Assembly: GCA_022749895.1 (NCBI GenBank)
Contig: JAKIWS010000002.1
Location: forward strand, 24,387-88,386
DNA: 64,000 nucleotides
Direction of reading: 5' to 3'
Origin: Thermoplasmata archaeon
GTDB lineage: Archaea > Thermoplasmatota > Thermoplasmata > Lutacidiplasmatales > UBA184
Of the stretch, positions 16,187 to 25,670 are shown in pieces. How positions within the stretch are numbered: the first letter of the stretch is position 1; each line of letters begins with the position of its first letter. The translations under genes and the position numbers were made by a program. A model generated the notes under the pieces. It saw only the letters and a list, made by a program, of their open reading frames with translations. It was not told where the DNA came from and searched no databases.

Positions 16187-16905
16187 CCGCGGACGCCGGG
16201 GTTTCGGCGGGCGAGCCTCGCGACTTCGTGAAGTATACGTTCCTGCACCTCGATCCCGCCTGGCGCCTCCGTTCCCGCGAGTCGCGCCGGGGCGGCCGGT
16301 GGGAGCTCGCCGCGCTCCTCGCGCACCCACCGCCGGGGATGCACCTTCAGACGTACTCGCTCGTGGGCACGAAGGGCGGCGCCGACGGGCTCCTCTGGAT
16401 CGTCGCCGAGAGTCTCGAATCGATCCAAGAGCTCCACGCCCGCCTCTACGGCACGTCGATGGGGCGATACCTGGCCGTGGCGTTCTCGTACCTGGGGCTG
16501 GGCCGGCGCTCGGAGTACCTGGGCGATCACGCTCACGGCGGGCAGGAGGGTGCCGAAGGCCGACGACGGCCCGTTGGCCGACCGTACCTGTTCGTCTACC
16601 CCTTCGTGAAGAAACGCGAATGGTACGGTCTCCCGTTCGAGGAACGCCGGCGGATCATGGGCGAGCATTTCCGGATCGGGCACAAGTTTCCCCGGGTCGT
16701 GATCCACACGGGCTACTCGTTCGGGCTCGACGACGCCGAGTTCATCCTCGGGTTCGAGGCGGATTCCCCGGCGGAGTTCCTCGACCTGGTCGAAGCGCTC
16801 CGCGGCTCGGAGGCGAGCCGGTACACGGCGCTCGAGACGCCGATCTTCACGTGCCGTCGGGTCCCGCCGCTCACGATGCTCGAGCTCGCCGACGGGGTCG
16901 TCTGA
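16183..16905 (+). CDS. hemQ: Chlorite-dismutase-family protein, probable coproheme decarboxylase (HemQ/ChdC)
   Basis: ORF 16159..16905. GTG 16183 overlaps the hemB stop (GTGA). Cld-family strings are FVKYTFLHLDP, YLFVYPFVKKREWYGLPFEERRRIMGEH and VVIHTGYSFGLDDAEFILGFE. Confidence 0.75.
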   Translation: MTADAGVSAGEPRDFVKYTFLHLDPAWRLRSRESRRGGRWELAALLAHPPPGMHLQTYSLVGTKGGADGLLWIVAESLESIQELHARLYGTSMGRYLAVAFSYLGLGRRSEYLGDHAHGGQEGAEGRRRPVGRPYLFVYPFVKKREWYGLPFEERRRIMGEHFRIGHKFPRVVIHTGYSFGLDDAEFILGFEADSPAEFLDLVEALRGSEASRYTALETPIFTCRRVPPLTMLELADGVV

Positions 16906-18212
16906 CGCCGTCCCGCCGGCGACCGGCGTCGACCGCGGCGTTCCGCCGAGCCCGCTCCGTGCTGCCGGGAGGCGTCGACAGTCCGGTGCGGTCGTTCGTC
17001 CATGTCGGCGGCGTTCCGGTGTTCTTCGCGCGGGGCGACGGCGCCCGGCTCGTCGACGTCGACGGCCACCGGTACCTCGACCTCGTCAATTCCTGGGGAG
17101 CGATCATCCTCGGCCACGCGGCGCCGTCGGTGGTTCGGGCGATCGAGCGCACCGCGCGCGAGGGGCTGAGCTTCGGAGCGCCGTCGCCGCGCGAGCATGA
17201 ACTGGCCGAGCAGATCCGCCACGCGGCTCCCGAGCTCGAGCGGCTCCGGTTCGTGAACTCCGGCACGGAAGCGACGATGTCGGCGGTGCGCGTCGCCCGC
17301 GGGTTCACCGGACGCGCGAAGATCGTCAAGTTCGCCGGCGGCTATCATGGTCATAGCGACGGCCTGCTCGCCCGGGCCGGTTCGGGCGTCGCCGCGCAGT
17401 CCCTTCCCGATTCCGCCGGCGTCCCAGCGCCCACCGTCGCGACCACGCTCGTAGCTCCGTACAACGATCTCGACGCCACCCGGGAGGTGTTCGAGGAACA
17501 CGGGGAGGAGATCGCGGCGGTCATCGTGGAACCGATCGCCGCGAACATGGGCCTGGTTCCGCCGGTCGATGGCTTCCTGCGCGGCGTCGACCGGCTCGTC
17601 CACACGGCCGGCGGGCTGTTGATCGCCGACGAGGTGATCACCGGCTTCCGTCTCCGGCGCGGGCTCATCCACCCGACGTTGGGGGCCCGCGCGGACCTCG
17701 TAGCCCTCGGAAAGATCATCGGCGGCGGCCTCCCGGTCGCGGCGTACGGCGGCCGACGCGACGTCATGGAGACCGTCGCGCCGATCGGACCGGTGTACCA
17801 GGCCGGTACCCTCGCGGGCAACCCCGTAGCGATGGCCGCGGGGACGGCGACGCTCGCTCGTCTGACCCCAGCGCTGTACGATCGCCTCGATCGCGTTGCG
17901 GCCGAGGCGGCCCGGTCGATCCAGCGGTGCGCGGACGGGCAATCGGTCGACGGGTTCACGCTCGTTCGCCGCGGGTCGATGTTGGGCCTCTTTTTCGCCG
18001 ACCACCCTCCGCGCAACGAGGTCGAGGCGGCGCGGACCGACCGGGCCCGATTCGCCCGATTCTTTCACGCGGCGCTCGACGCCGGGGTCTACCTTCCGCC
18101 GTCCCCCCTCGAAACCGCGTTCCTGTCGGCGGCGTGGGGGCGCGGCGAGGTCGCCGACCTCGAACGGAGGCTGGCGGGGGCCTTCCGGGCGGCCCGTCGC
18201 TCGGGTCGGTGA
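16902..18212 (+). CDS. hemL: Glutamate-1-semialdehyde 2,1-aminomutase
   Basis: Frame of ORF 16299..18212. Family strings are LPGGVDSPVRSF and NSGTEATMSAVRVARG, and the PLP-Lys context is ALGKIIGGGLP. The start is uncertain. CTG 16902 (CTGA overlap with the hemQ stop) gives a family-typical N-terminal length. Alternatives are GTG 16851 or GTG 16959. Confidence 0.85.
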   Translation: MTPSRRRPASTAAFRRARSVLPGGVDSPVRSFVHVGGVPVFFARGDGARLVDVDGHRYLDLVNSWGAIILGHAAPSVVRAIERTAREGLSFGAPSPREHELAEQIRHAAPELERLRFVNSGTEATMSAVRVARGFTGRAKIVKFAGGYHGHSDGLLARAGSGVAAQSLPDSAGVPAPTVATTLVAPYNDLDATREVFEEHGEEIAAVIVEPIAANMGLVPPVDGFLRGVDRLVHTAGGLLIADEVITGFRLRRGLIHPTLGARADLVALGKIIGGGLPVAAYGGRRDVMETVAPIGPVYQAGTLAGNPVAMAAGTATLARLTPALYDRLDRVAAEAARSIQRCADGQSVDGFTLVRRGSMLGLFFADHPPRNEVEAARTDRARFARFFHAALDAGVYLPPSPLETAFLSAAWGRGEVADLERRLAGAFRAARRSGR

Positions 18213-18214
18213 CG

Positions 18215-19252
18215 ATGCGGCGTCGATTCTTGGAAGCACTCCGCGGCGAGGCTCCGGAGACGACCCCGATCTGGCTGATGCGGCAGGCGGGGCGGTACCT
18301 CCCGGGGTACCGGAAGTTACGCGCGGAGCACGCGATCCTGGAGATCGCCCGGGACCCCGCGCTCGCCGCCGAGGTCACGCTGGAACCGGTGCGGAGGTTC
18401 GATGTTGACGCGGGTGTGATCTTCGCCGACATCACGCTCCCGTTCGCGGGCCTCGGGCTCGATTTCCGCATCGACCCCGGCGTCGGCCCCGTCATCCCCA
18501 CCCCGGTCAACGACCGCGCCGCCGTCGACCACCTCCGTTCGTTCGACGCCGAAACCGAGCTCGGCTTCGTCGGACAGGCGATCGAACGGTTCCGGCTCGC
18601 CGCCCCCGACCGGCCCGTGATCGGGTTCGCGGGCGCTCCGTTCACGCTCGCGTCGTATCTGGCCGAGGGAGGTGCCTCGCGCGACTTCGCGGCGACGAAG
18701 AGGTTCCTCGGGACGGATCCGGCGGGGTTCCACGAGCTCCTCCGTCGGCTGACCCAGGTGACGATCGACTACCTTCGGATGCAGGCGCGACACGGCGCCC
18801 ACGCCCTGCAGGTGTTCGACACCTGGGCCGGCGTGCTCGGCCGACGGGAGTTCGACCTCGAGGTCGCTCCGTACCTCCGGGACCTGTTCGCCGAGACCGC
18901 CGCGTGGAAGGTCCCGACCATCTACTTCTCCACCGGGTCGACCCATCTGCTCCCGATTCTGAAGGGCCTCGGCGCCACCGCCCTCGGCGTCGACTGGCGG
19001 CTCCCGCTGGGGGCGGTACGGCGCGAAGTCGGGGGCGGCCTACCCCTGCAGGGGAACCTGGACCCCGGAGCGATGCTCGGCAGCGCGGACGCGATGCGAC
19101 GCCGAGCCGCCGAGGTGTTGCGCGAGATCCCCGACCGGCGGGGGCACGTCTTCAATTTAGGGCACGGCGTGCTCCCCGGCACCGACCCGGAACGCGTCCG
19201 CGAGCTCGTCGAGTTCGTGCATGCGACCGGCCGGGCCGGAGCGAACCGATGA
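18215..19252 (+). CDS. hemE: Uroporphyrinogen decarboxylase
   Basis: ATG 18215 lies 3 nt after the hemL stop; GTG 18209 is also possible. The motif is PIWLMRQAGRYLPGYR. Confidence 0.9.
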   Translation: MRRRFLEALRGEAPETTPIWLMRQAGRYLPGYRKLRAEHAILEIARDPALAAEVTLEPVRRFDVDAGVIFADITLPFAGLGLDFRIDPGVGPVIPTPVNDRAAVDHLRSFDAETELGFVGQAIERFRLAAPDRPVIGFAGAPFTLASYLAEGGASRDFAATKRFLGTDPAGFHELLRRLTQVTIDYLRMQARHGAHALQVFDTWAGVLGRREFDLEVAPYLRDLFAETAAWKVPTIYFSTGSTHLLPILKGLGATALGVDWRLPLGAVRREVGGGLPLQGNLDPGAMLGSADAMRRRAAEVLREIPDRRGHVFNLGHGVLPGTDPERVRELVEFVHATGRAGANR

Positions 19253-20175
19253 CCGAGGGCGGGCGAACCGGTCCGCCCGCGGTCCTGCTGATGGGCTACG
19301 GATCCCCCGGAGGTCCCGAGGACATCCCGGGGTACCTCGCCGATGTGCTGGCCCGACCCCCCACCGACGACCTCGTAGAGGAGTACCGTCGACGGTACGC
19401 GCTGATCGGCGGCTCGCCGCAGAACCGGGTCCTCGGCTCTCTCCGAACGAAACTGGAGGAACGGTTGCGGGCCGACGGCGACGGGACGCGGGTCTATCTC
19501 GGCACCAAGCACTGGTCGCCGCACATCGCGGACGTCCTGCCGGCGATCGCGGCCGACGGGTTCGACACGGTCACGGCGGTACCCCTCTCCCCGTACGCTT
19601 CGACGTGGATCATGGAACCGTACCTGCGGGCGGTCGAGCGGGGACGGGCCGCCGCCCGGCGACCGCTCCGCGTCGATGTCCGGTCCGGCTGGCACACCAA
19701 TTCGCATCTCATCGCCTACTGGCGCGATGCGATCCGGAGCGCGAACGAGGCGAACGGAGGCGCGGTGCTCCTCTCGGCGCACAGCCTCCCCACGCGCATG
19801 GCCGAGCAGGGCGACCCGTACCCGAAACTCCTCGACACGACCGCCACCGCGATCGCGACCGCCGCAGAGCTTCCGCGGTGGTCGTTCACGTTCCAGAGCG
19901 CCGGCAACACGACCGAACCGTGGCTCGGACCGGACATCACCGAGGTGATGACCGACTGGCAACGGCGGGGGGTCACGGACCAGCTCGTCGCTTCGTTCGG
20001 TTTCGTCTTCGATCACCTGGAGACCCTCTACGACCTGGACGTCGTGGTCCGAGCGTTCGCGGAGGAGCGCGGCATTCCGTACCGCCGGGCCCCGATGCCC
20101 AACGACGACGACCGGGTCGTCGCGGCGCTCGCCGACGTCGTCCACCGGCCGAATGGGCCCGCCCTCGACGCCTAG
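19249..20175 (+). CDS. hemH: Ferrochelatase (probably coproporphyrin ferrochelatase type)
   Basis: ATG 19249 overlaps the hemE stop (ATGA). Family strings are VLLMGYGSP, LLSAHSLP and FVFDHLETLYDLD. Confidence 0.85.
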   Translation: MTEGGRTGPPAVLLMGYGSPGGPEDIPGYLADVLARPPTDDLVEEYRRRYALIGGSPQNRVLGSLRTKLEERLRADGDGTRVYLGTKHWSPHIADVLPAIAADGFDTVTAVPLSPYASTWIMEPYLRAVERGRAAARRPLRVDVRSGWHTNSHLIAYWRDAIRSANEANGGAVLLSAHSLPTRMAEQGDPYPKLLDTTATAIATAAELPRWSFTFQSAGNTTEPWLGPDITEVMTDWQRRGVTDQLVASFGFVFDHLETLYDLDVVVRAFAEERGIPYRRAPMPNDDDRVVAALADVVHRPNGPALDA

Positions 20176-21935
20176 CGTCCGGGGGGCGCCGCCGGCGGAG
20201 GTTCCGCCGCCGCCTCGCCGGTTGTTCCCGCATCGGGGGGCAGGAGGCCCTTGGCGGCACCGGGACGCGCTTCGTCGAGCTCGGAGGTCTCTTGGCGCCA
20301 ACAGGCCCGTGCGAAGACGTTGCCGATCCGCTTCGGGAGTCCGAGGCTCCGCGTGAGAAGCCGAACGTCGTCCTTGGAGAGCTCCCCCGTCGCCGCCAGA
20401 ACGAGGAAGTAGACCGCGAAGCCGAAGATCAGTGCGCCCGCGAACACGTAGTAGCGGTTTACGGGGAGCACGGCGTTGAGGCGGGATACGGCGAGAAAGC
20501 TCGCGAGCGCGCTCACCGTGATGAGGCCGATCGGCCGCGGCCGGATCCGCACCGCCATCAATCGTTCCATGAAGTAAGCGTTGACGGCGAGGGCCGCGAC
20601 GGAGGAGAGCAGCACCGCGACTGCGGCCGCTTCCAGCCCGTCGAACCCAAAGTACCCCCGGAAGACCGGGTCACCCGGGAATCGCGCCGGCATCAGGAGG
20701 AAGGCGGTGGCGAACAGGACTGCGACCTGGACCGAGGTGAGATACAGCTCGAGCCGCTGGCGGCCGATCGCGTTGAGGGCGGTACCGATGAGCTGGCTCA
20801 GGGCGAGCGGGACGGCCGAGACGGCGAGCAGGGCGAGGGGGATCGCCCCGGAGATCTCGATCGGGCCGATCACGATCGGGCTCCCGCTCGAGAGCTTGAC
20901 ATACTGGCCGGTGAGGAGGATGTTGATCACGTTGACGCGATAAACCGCGAGCCCGATGACCCCCGGGATAACGAGCATCGACGTGAACCGGAGGGCGCGC
21001 CAGGTCTGCTGGCGGATCTCCTCGAACTTGCGCCGAACGTGCAACCCCGAGAGGAGGGGGAACAGGGGCACGGTGATCGCCGTGGGGAGCTGCAGGATCA
21101 GGATCCGGAACCCGTTTTCCGAGTTGAAGATGTTCCCGAGAGCCCGGCCCTGGTCGGCGTACACAATGAACGGGATCGCGGTTGTGGCGAGGAACAGTAG
21201 GAACATGCTGATCATGAGCGGCGTCGCGTAGCGGAACATCGCGGTCGCCTCGGACCGGCGCGGTCGCCCGGCCTGCGTGAGGATCGACGGAAGGGAGACC
21301 ACCGCGGACGCGACGGCGCCGAGCAGGTACGCCACGGTGAGCGTCCAGAGGGTGGGACCGGTGAGCACCGCGGTGATGAGCGCCGCCGTGCGCACGATCG
21401 ATTCAAGCAGGAACGGGTACTGCGCGCGGATCGAGTCGCCGCGGGCCACCCAGAGCTGGTTGTAGACGGTCGACATCGACCAGACGAGGGGGAGGAGCAT
21501 GTACACTCCCAGGATCCCGAGCTCGGACGACCCCGAGGCCAGGCCCGAGGGGGCGGCGAGGAGGAAGATCGCGAGGGCGGCCCCGCTGACCATCGACAGC
21601 CGGAGCACGAAGTAGGTGCCGGTGCTCGTCGCGATCGGCCGTCCGCGCGCGACGAAGTAGACGAACGCGGAACCGATCCGGAGGTCGCCGATGCTGGTGA
21701 TCGAGGAGGCGACCAGGACGAACAACCCGACCGTCCCAATGAGGGCGCGGCCGTCCGCGGAGCTCCCCGGGCCGCGGGCGAGGAAGAACGTCGACGCGTA
21801 GCCGATCAGCTGGATGGCGATGCTGATGACGAAGACGCCGGTCGAGCTGACGCCCAGGCCTCGGACCGGGATCGGCAGCATGGGCTCGGTCTCGACGACG
21901 CCCGGGAACGCCCGATCCTCGGTCTCCAAGGACAC
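20172..21935 (-). CDS. MOP-superfamily oligosaccharide/polysaccharide flippase (Wzx/MurJ-like)
   Basis: ORF 20172..21935 encodes a polytopic protein of about 12-14 TM spans with a typical flippase-like layout. The start may instead be the internal ATG at 21881. There is a 4-nt convergent overlap with hemH. Confidence 0.7.
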   Translation of the reverse strand: MSLETEDRAFPGVVETEPMLPIPVRGLGVSSTGVFVISIAIQLIGYASTFFLARGPGSSADGRALIGTVGLFVLVASSITSIGDLRIGSAFVYFVARGRPIATSTGTYFVLRLSMVSGAALAIFLLAAPSGLASGSSELGILGVYMLLPLVWSMSTVYNQLWVARGDSIRAQYPFLLESIVRTAALITAVLTGPTLWTLTVAYLLGAVASAVVSLPSILTQAGRPRRSEATAMFRYATPLMISMFLLFLATTAIPFIVYADQGRALGNIFNSENGFRILILQLPTAITVPLFPLLSGLHVRRKFEEIRQQTWRALRFTSMLVIPGVIGLAVYRVNVINILLTGQYVKLSSGSPIVIGPIEISGAIPLALLAVSAVPLALSQLIGTALNAIGRQRLELYLTSVQVAVLFATAFLLMPARFPGDPVFRGYFGFDGLEAAAVAVLLSSVAALAVNAYFMERLMAVRIRPRPIGLITVSALASFLAVSRLNAVLPVNRYYVFAGALIFGFAVYFLVLAATGELSKDDVRLLTRSLGLPKRIGNVFARACWRQETSELDEARPGAAKGLLPPDAGTTGEAAAEPPPAAPPGR

Positions 21936-22014
21936 GCTCGCCCGAACGACCGCGGTGCCCCTTCATAGCCTCACCGAGCGAGGAGCGTCCGGCGTGCGGC
22001 GGCTCCGATCCGGT

Positions 22015-22440
22015 TCAGTCGCCCTCGCGGGACGCGGGAGCGGCGTCACCGCCGGCCCGGGCCTCGAGCTCGAGCCAAACACCGTCGGGGTCCGACATGA
22101 ACGCGAGACGGGTCGGCCCCTCCACGAACGGTGGGATGCGGACGCGGGCCCCCATCCGCTCGAGCTGGTCGATGGTAGCGTCGAGATCGTCGACCCGGAA
22201 CGCCAGGTGGTCGAGTTCATCCCCCTCGCGATACGGTGGATGGTCGGGGTAGAAGTTTAGCTCCAGGACGAAGCCGCTCTCGGGGTCCCGCAGCTCCTCC
22301 CATTGGCCACCCGCGGCCATCCGCCCCGCCTTCACGAACGAAAGGCCGAGGCCGTCGCAGTAGAAGCGGCGGGCGCGGGCGAGGTCACGAACCCGAATCC
22401 CGACGTATTCGAGCACGGACGATGCCACCCGACCGGCCAT
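22015..22440 (-). CDS. VOC-family protein (glyoxalase I-like)
   Basis: ORF 22015..22440 shows the typical VOC pattern: LEYVGIRVRDLARARRFYCDGLGL...LELNFYP...LDHLAFRVDDLDATIDQLERMGARV. Confidence 0.8.
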   Translation of the reverse strand: MAGRVASSVLEYVGIRVRDLARARRFYCDGLGLSFVKAGRMAAGGQWEELRDPESGFVLELNFYPDHPPYREGDELDHLAFRVDDLDATIDQLERMGARVRIPPFVEGPTRLAFMSDPDGVWLELEARAGGDAAPASREGD

Positions 22441-22479
22441 AAAAGGCGGCGCGAAGGCGGCGCCGCGACATCGAAGTTC

Positions 22480-22818
22480 TCAGGCGAGTTGAAGTTCCCG
22501 GGCCCACGCGGCCCGGCGACGACGACCGACCACGAAGTAGGCCCCGATGGTGGACACCACCGAACCGGCAAGGAGAACCGGTCCAAGCAGGTCGAGGTTG
22601 CCGGTGGAGGAACACCCCAAGGAGCAGTTCTCTGACGGCGATGAACATGGAGCGCACCCTGCGTGCCACGTGATCAAGGGGGCGAACGTCAGCATCGACC
22701 AAACGCCCGCGACCAACATAGCGAGGGCAGGGACGTAGGCCAGCGCCTCCCTCGCGGGGGCCCACACGGTGTCCTTCGGCTTAACGTGAGACGTCGAAGC
22801 TTCCGTTCCGGACCGCAA
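22480..22818 (-). CDS. Small membrane protein with Cys-rich inter-helix loop
   Basis: ORF 22480..22818 has two hydrophobic helices (ALAYVPALAMLVAGVWSMLTFAPLITW; LLGPVLLAGSVVSTIGAYFVV). They flank the loop CAPCSSPSENCSLGC. Confidence 0.4.
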   Translation of the reverse strand: MRSGTEASTSHVKPKDTVWAPAREALAYVPALAMLVAGVWSMLTFAPLITWHAGCAPCSSPSENCSLGCSSTGNLDLLGPVLLAGSVVSTIGAYFVVGRRRRAAWARELQLA

Positions 22819-22866
22819 CCGCGTCAGAACGGGCGGGCGGCGGGCCGTGGGTTCCTTTCCGCCGGA

Positions 22867-23403
22867 CTAGACGCGCGTCGAACTCTGGGGCGATCTCGCG
22901 CGCGATTGGGGGGGACGAGTTTGCATCTCGTCCGTGAGCATCAGCGCGTGGTCGGCAGCGAGGAGCGGCAGGCGGTCGAGCGGCCACCAGCGGGCCTCCG
23001 ATGCATCCGAGCCTCCTCGGGGCGTCGATCGTTTTCCGCGGAGGCGGTACGCGACGGAGACGACGTGGGCCCGAGGGTCCCGTTGGGGGTCGGAGTAGAC
23101 CCCCACGAGGCTGTCCACGGACGTCGCGAGTCCGGTCTCCTCTCGGAACTCCCGGACGACCGCCTCTTCCAGGCTTTCGCCGATCTCGACGAAACCTCCG
23201 GGGAGCGCCCACATCCCCACCCACGGTGCTCGTCGCCGCCGAATGAGGAGGACGTGCGGTCCGTGGCGGAGGATTCCGTCCACGACGAGCGCCGGCGTGA
23301 CGATTGGGCGCCGGCCCCGGTACGGGGAGCCCGGGTAGGCGATCGTGACCCCACGGGGCCCCTTCGATGGGGTCGGAGGCCTCCGCCGTGTCGTCCCGGC
23401 CAT
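22867..23403 (-). CDS. NUDIX hydrolase
   Basis: ORF 22867..23403 has a canonical Nudix box, GFVEIGESLEEAVVREFREETGL. Confidence 0.85.
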   Translation of the reverse strand: MAGTTRRRPPTPSKGPRGVTIAYPGSPYRGRRPIVTPALVVDGILRHGPHVLLIRRRRAPWVGMWALPGGFVEIGESLEEAVVREFREETGLATSVDSLVGVYSDPQRDPRAHVVSVAYRLRGKRSTPRGGSDASEARWWPLDRLPLLAADHALMLTDEMQTRPPQSRARSPQSSTRV

Positions 23404-23448
23404 CGATCCCCCTGCTCCCCCGGATTCGCGCCGTGGCTGCGCGGGGGG

Positions 23449-24555
23449 CTACACGATGCGCCCGTCGCGAACGATGACGGCGCCGTCCAGGCTCAACGTG
23501 CCGCCCCGGAGGCACGAGTACATGCTGTAGGGGATCTTGGTGCTCCCCCCGAAGAATCCGTTCGCCCCTACGCTGACCGTGATCGTTCCTCGCGCTTGGT
23601 CCTGCAACGTCGGGGCAATGTCCAGGGCCGGATTGAGCCCGATCGTGATGATACCGGGCCGTTCCTTGCCCGCCGGGGCCTTCCGATACTCGTCCTTGAT
23701 CGCGTCGCCGCCGGACGCGTACGAGAACGAGGTCAGCTTGCCGCCCGCGAAGTTCCAGACCCCACCGGTCGCCGGGGCCTCGATGACCGGGGTCGGCATC
23801 GTCGCCGCGAAGCTCCCGTCCGCGACCCGCTCGTCGAGCGCGACGCTCACGAAACCCGCGGGAACATTGAGGATGTTCTGACCGCGCCGGATCATCTCGG
23901 GGGTGACCACGCCGCCGCCGGGGTACGCTTCCCGGCCGCGGAGCCGCAGCTTGAGCCTGGTTCCGTTCGGGTGGGAGATCTCGACGTGGCGCCCGGACTT
24001 GAGCCGGCGACCGAGGCGTTCCGACTCCCGCTGGAGCTTGACCGGGTCCTGGAGCGCGCCCTCGATCAGTTCCTCCCGCCACAGATCGAGAGGGACCTGA
24101 GCGGCCCGCGCCGTCGCCTCGCTGACCTGCCCCAGGCTGAGGCGGGCCCCGCGGATCTTCGCCTTGGCCGCGCGGGTGTACCAAATAGGATTGTACGCGG
24201 TCGCCGAGTTCTGGGCCTTGTCGGAAAGGGCGCGGAACCGCGGAACGTCGGCCGGGCCGTAGAAGAAGACGTAGGCGTCGCTCTTGGCGAGCGCGGCCCA
24301 TTCGGCCGCCCCCGCGGCCCCCACGGACCGGGGGTTCGTCCGGACCGCTTCCCAATACCCGGCCTCGTCCTCGTAGAGGATCAGGGGATGGGCCCCGATC
24401 CTGCGGGCCTCGAGGGCGAACGCCGCCGCCCACGGGAGGCAGTCGGTCCACGTCTCGATCGTGACCGACTCACCCTTGCGCACGCGCAGGCTGCCGCGGA
24501 GCACATTCCGGGCCATCTGCGCGCCCCGCTCCGCCGTGAATCCGGGTACCGTCAT
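23449..24555 (-). CDS. Aminopeptidase, M29 (AmpS/PepS)-like
   Basis: ORF 23449..24555. The length and sequence pattern (ARNVLRGSLRVRKGESVTIETW...NVPAGFVSVA...GGVWNFAGGKLTSF...ITIGLNPAL) resemble peptidase family M29. This is called from memory of the family, not from a search. Confidence 0.6.
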   Translation of the reverse strand: MTVPGFTAERGAQMARNVLRGSLRVRKGESVTIETWTDCLPWAAAFALEARRIGAHPLILYEDEAGYWEAVRTNPRSVGAAGAAEWAALAKSDAYVFFYGPADVPRFRALSDKAQNSATAYNPIWYTRAAKAKIRGARLSLGQVSEATARAAQVPLDLWREELIEGALQDPVKLQRESERLGRRLKSGRHVEISHPNGTRLKLRLRGREAYPGGGVVTPEMIRRGQNILNVPAGFVSVALDERVADGSFAATMPTPVIEAPATGGVWNFAGGKLTSFSYASGGDAIKDEYRKAPAGKERPGIITIGLNPALDIAPTLQDQARGTITVSVGANGFFGGSTKIPYSMYSCLRGGTLSLDGAVIVRDGRIV

Positions 24556-24576
24556 GCCGCTCCCGACGGGCCGCTG

Positions 24577-24584
24577 CTATTTCT
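24577..24584 (-). promoter_or_regulatory. TATA-like box (AGAAATAG on minus strand) about 25 nt upstream of ATG 24555
   Basis: This is the only AT-rich patch upstream of the aminopeptidase start. Confidence 0.35.
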
Positions 24585-24719
24585 CCTCTTGTTGGCGATC
24601 GCCGCCGCGGACGCCCGGGGAATCCGGAGCCGCCCAACGACGGCGTCCGACGACGGGCCGCGAAGCTTCATGAGCGCGCAGCCGTCCCACGTCGCGTCCC
24701 ACGAAGGGGAGATTCCCAG

Positions 24720-25670
24720 GTGTCCCCGCGTCGTTTTTTCGGGCGATTCGCCGAGTTCGTGAACGACTCGGCGATGTGGGGCACGGCGCTCGAGAATCCC
24801 CGGCGCCTCCTGCTCGCCCGCCTCGGGTGGGGCGGGGCGACGCTCCGGTTTCACGGGGGATTCACTCTACCGTATACCCGGCAGAACCGTCCCCTCGTCG
24901 AAGACCTGCTGCGCCTCGCAGTGCCGCACGGGGCCATCTTCGGCGACACGCCGGACCCCATCCTCGGCCGCTGGAGGGTCCAGCTCGCCGACGGGACGAT
25001 CACGACCCCCACGGGACTGAGGTTCACCCTGGACTCGTTCAACGCGACGATCTTCGCGGAGACGTTCATCTACCAAACCCAGTTCCGGGGCTTCGATCTC
25101 TCGAACGCCACCGTCGTCGACGTCGGGGCGAACGTCGGGGACACGGCCCTCTACTACGCGAGCCTCGGCGCGAGCGTCGTCGCCGTCGAGCCCGACCCCG
25201 TGAACTTTGAGCGCCTCCGAAAGAACCTGGCGCTCAACCCTACGCTCTCCGGGAAGATCCGCCCGATCGCCGCGGCCGTCGGCGACGACGGCGAGGTGGA
25301 GTTTCACGCGGGCCTCGGCGGCGGGAGCGGCCTCTACGCGGCCGGGGGTCGGACAGTGCGGGTTCGGTCGATGAGCCTCGGCACCCTCCTCGCGGAAAGT
25401 GGATGGGACGCACCCTTCCTCCTCAAGTGCGACTGCAAGGGCTGCGAGTTCACGCTCGTTCGGGACCCGGCACTACGCCGGTTCCGGAACGTCGCGATCG
25501 AGTACGCGGTCTTCCACCCCACCGACCGGCCCGAGGCGATCCACACGGCCCTGGGCGAGCTCGGATTCACGCGGCGCCGCGTGTACAAGCACAATTTCGG
25601 CGCGTACACGTTCGGCGAGTACGGAACGATCCACGCCCAGCGGGACGAGGCCCCGAGGGGCCCCGACTAG
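24720..25670 (+). CDS. FkbM-family SAM-dependent methyltransferase
   Basis: ORF 24720..25670. VVDVGANVGDTALYYASLGASVVAVEPDPVNFERLRKN and LKCDCKGCEF are typical of FkbM. Confidence 0.8.
   Translation: MSPRRFFGRFAEFVNDSAMWGTALENPRRLLLARLGWGGATLRFHGGFTLPYTRQNRPLVEDLLRLAVPHGAIFGDTPDPILGRWRVQLADGTITTPTGLRFTLDSFNATIFAETFIYQTQFRGFDLSNATVVDVGANVGDTALYYASLGASVVAVEPDPVNFERLRKNLALNPTLSGKIRPIAAAVGDDGEVEFHAGLGGGSGLYAAGGRTVRVRSMSLGTLLAESGWDAPFLLKCDCKGCEFTLVRDPALRRFRNVAIEYAVFHPTDRPEAIHTALGELGFTRRRVYKHNFGAYTFGEYGTIHAQRDEAPRGPD

Noticed and set aside
19221-21200. 659-aa plus-strand ORF overlapping hemH (off-frame) and the flippase gene (antisense)
   Set aside because: Low-complexity Arg/Pro/Asp sequence. 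The competing frames encode a ferrochelatase and a polytopic flippase.
22663-24762. 699-aa plus-strand ORF and 556-aa minus-strand ORF (22781..24451) across the NUDIX and aminopeptidase genes
   Set aside because: Both are off-frame or antisense shadows of genes with family motifs (canonical Nudix box; M29-like pattern). Their sequences are R/P/G-rich.
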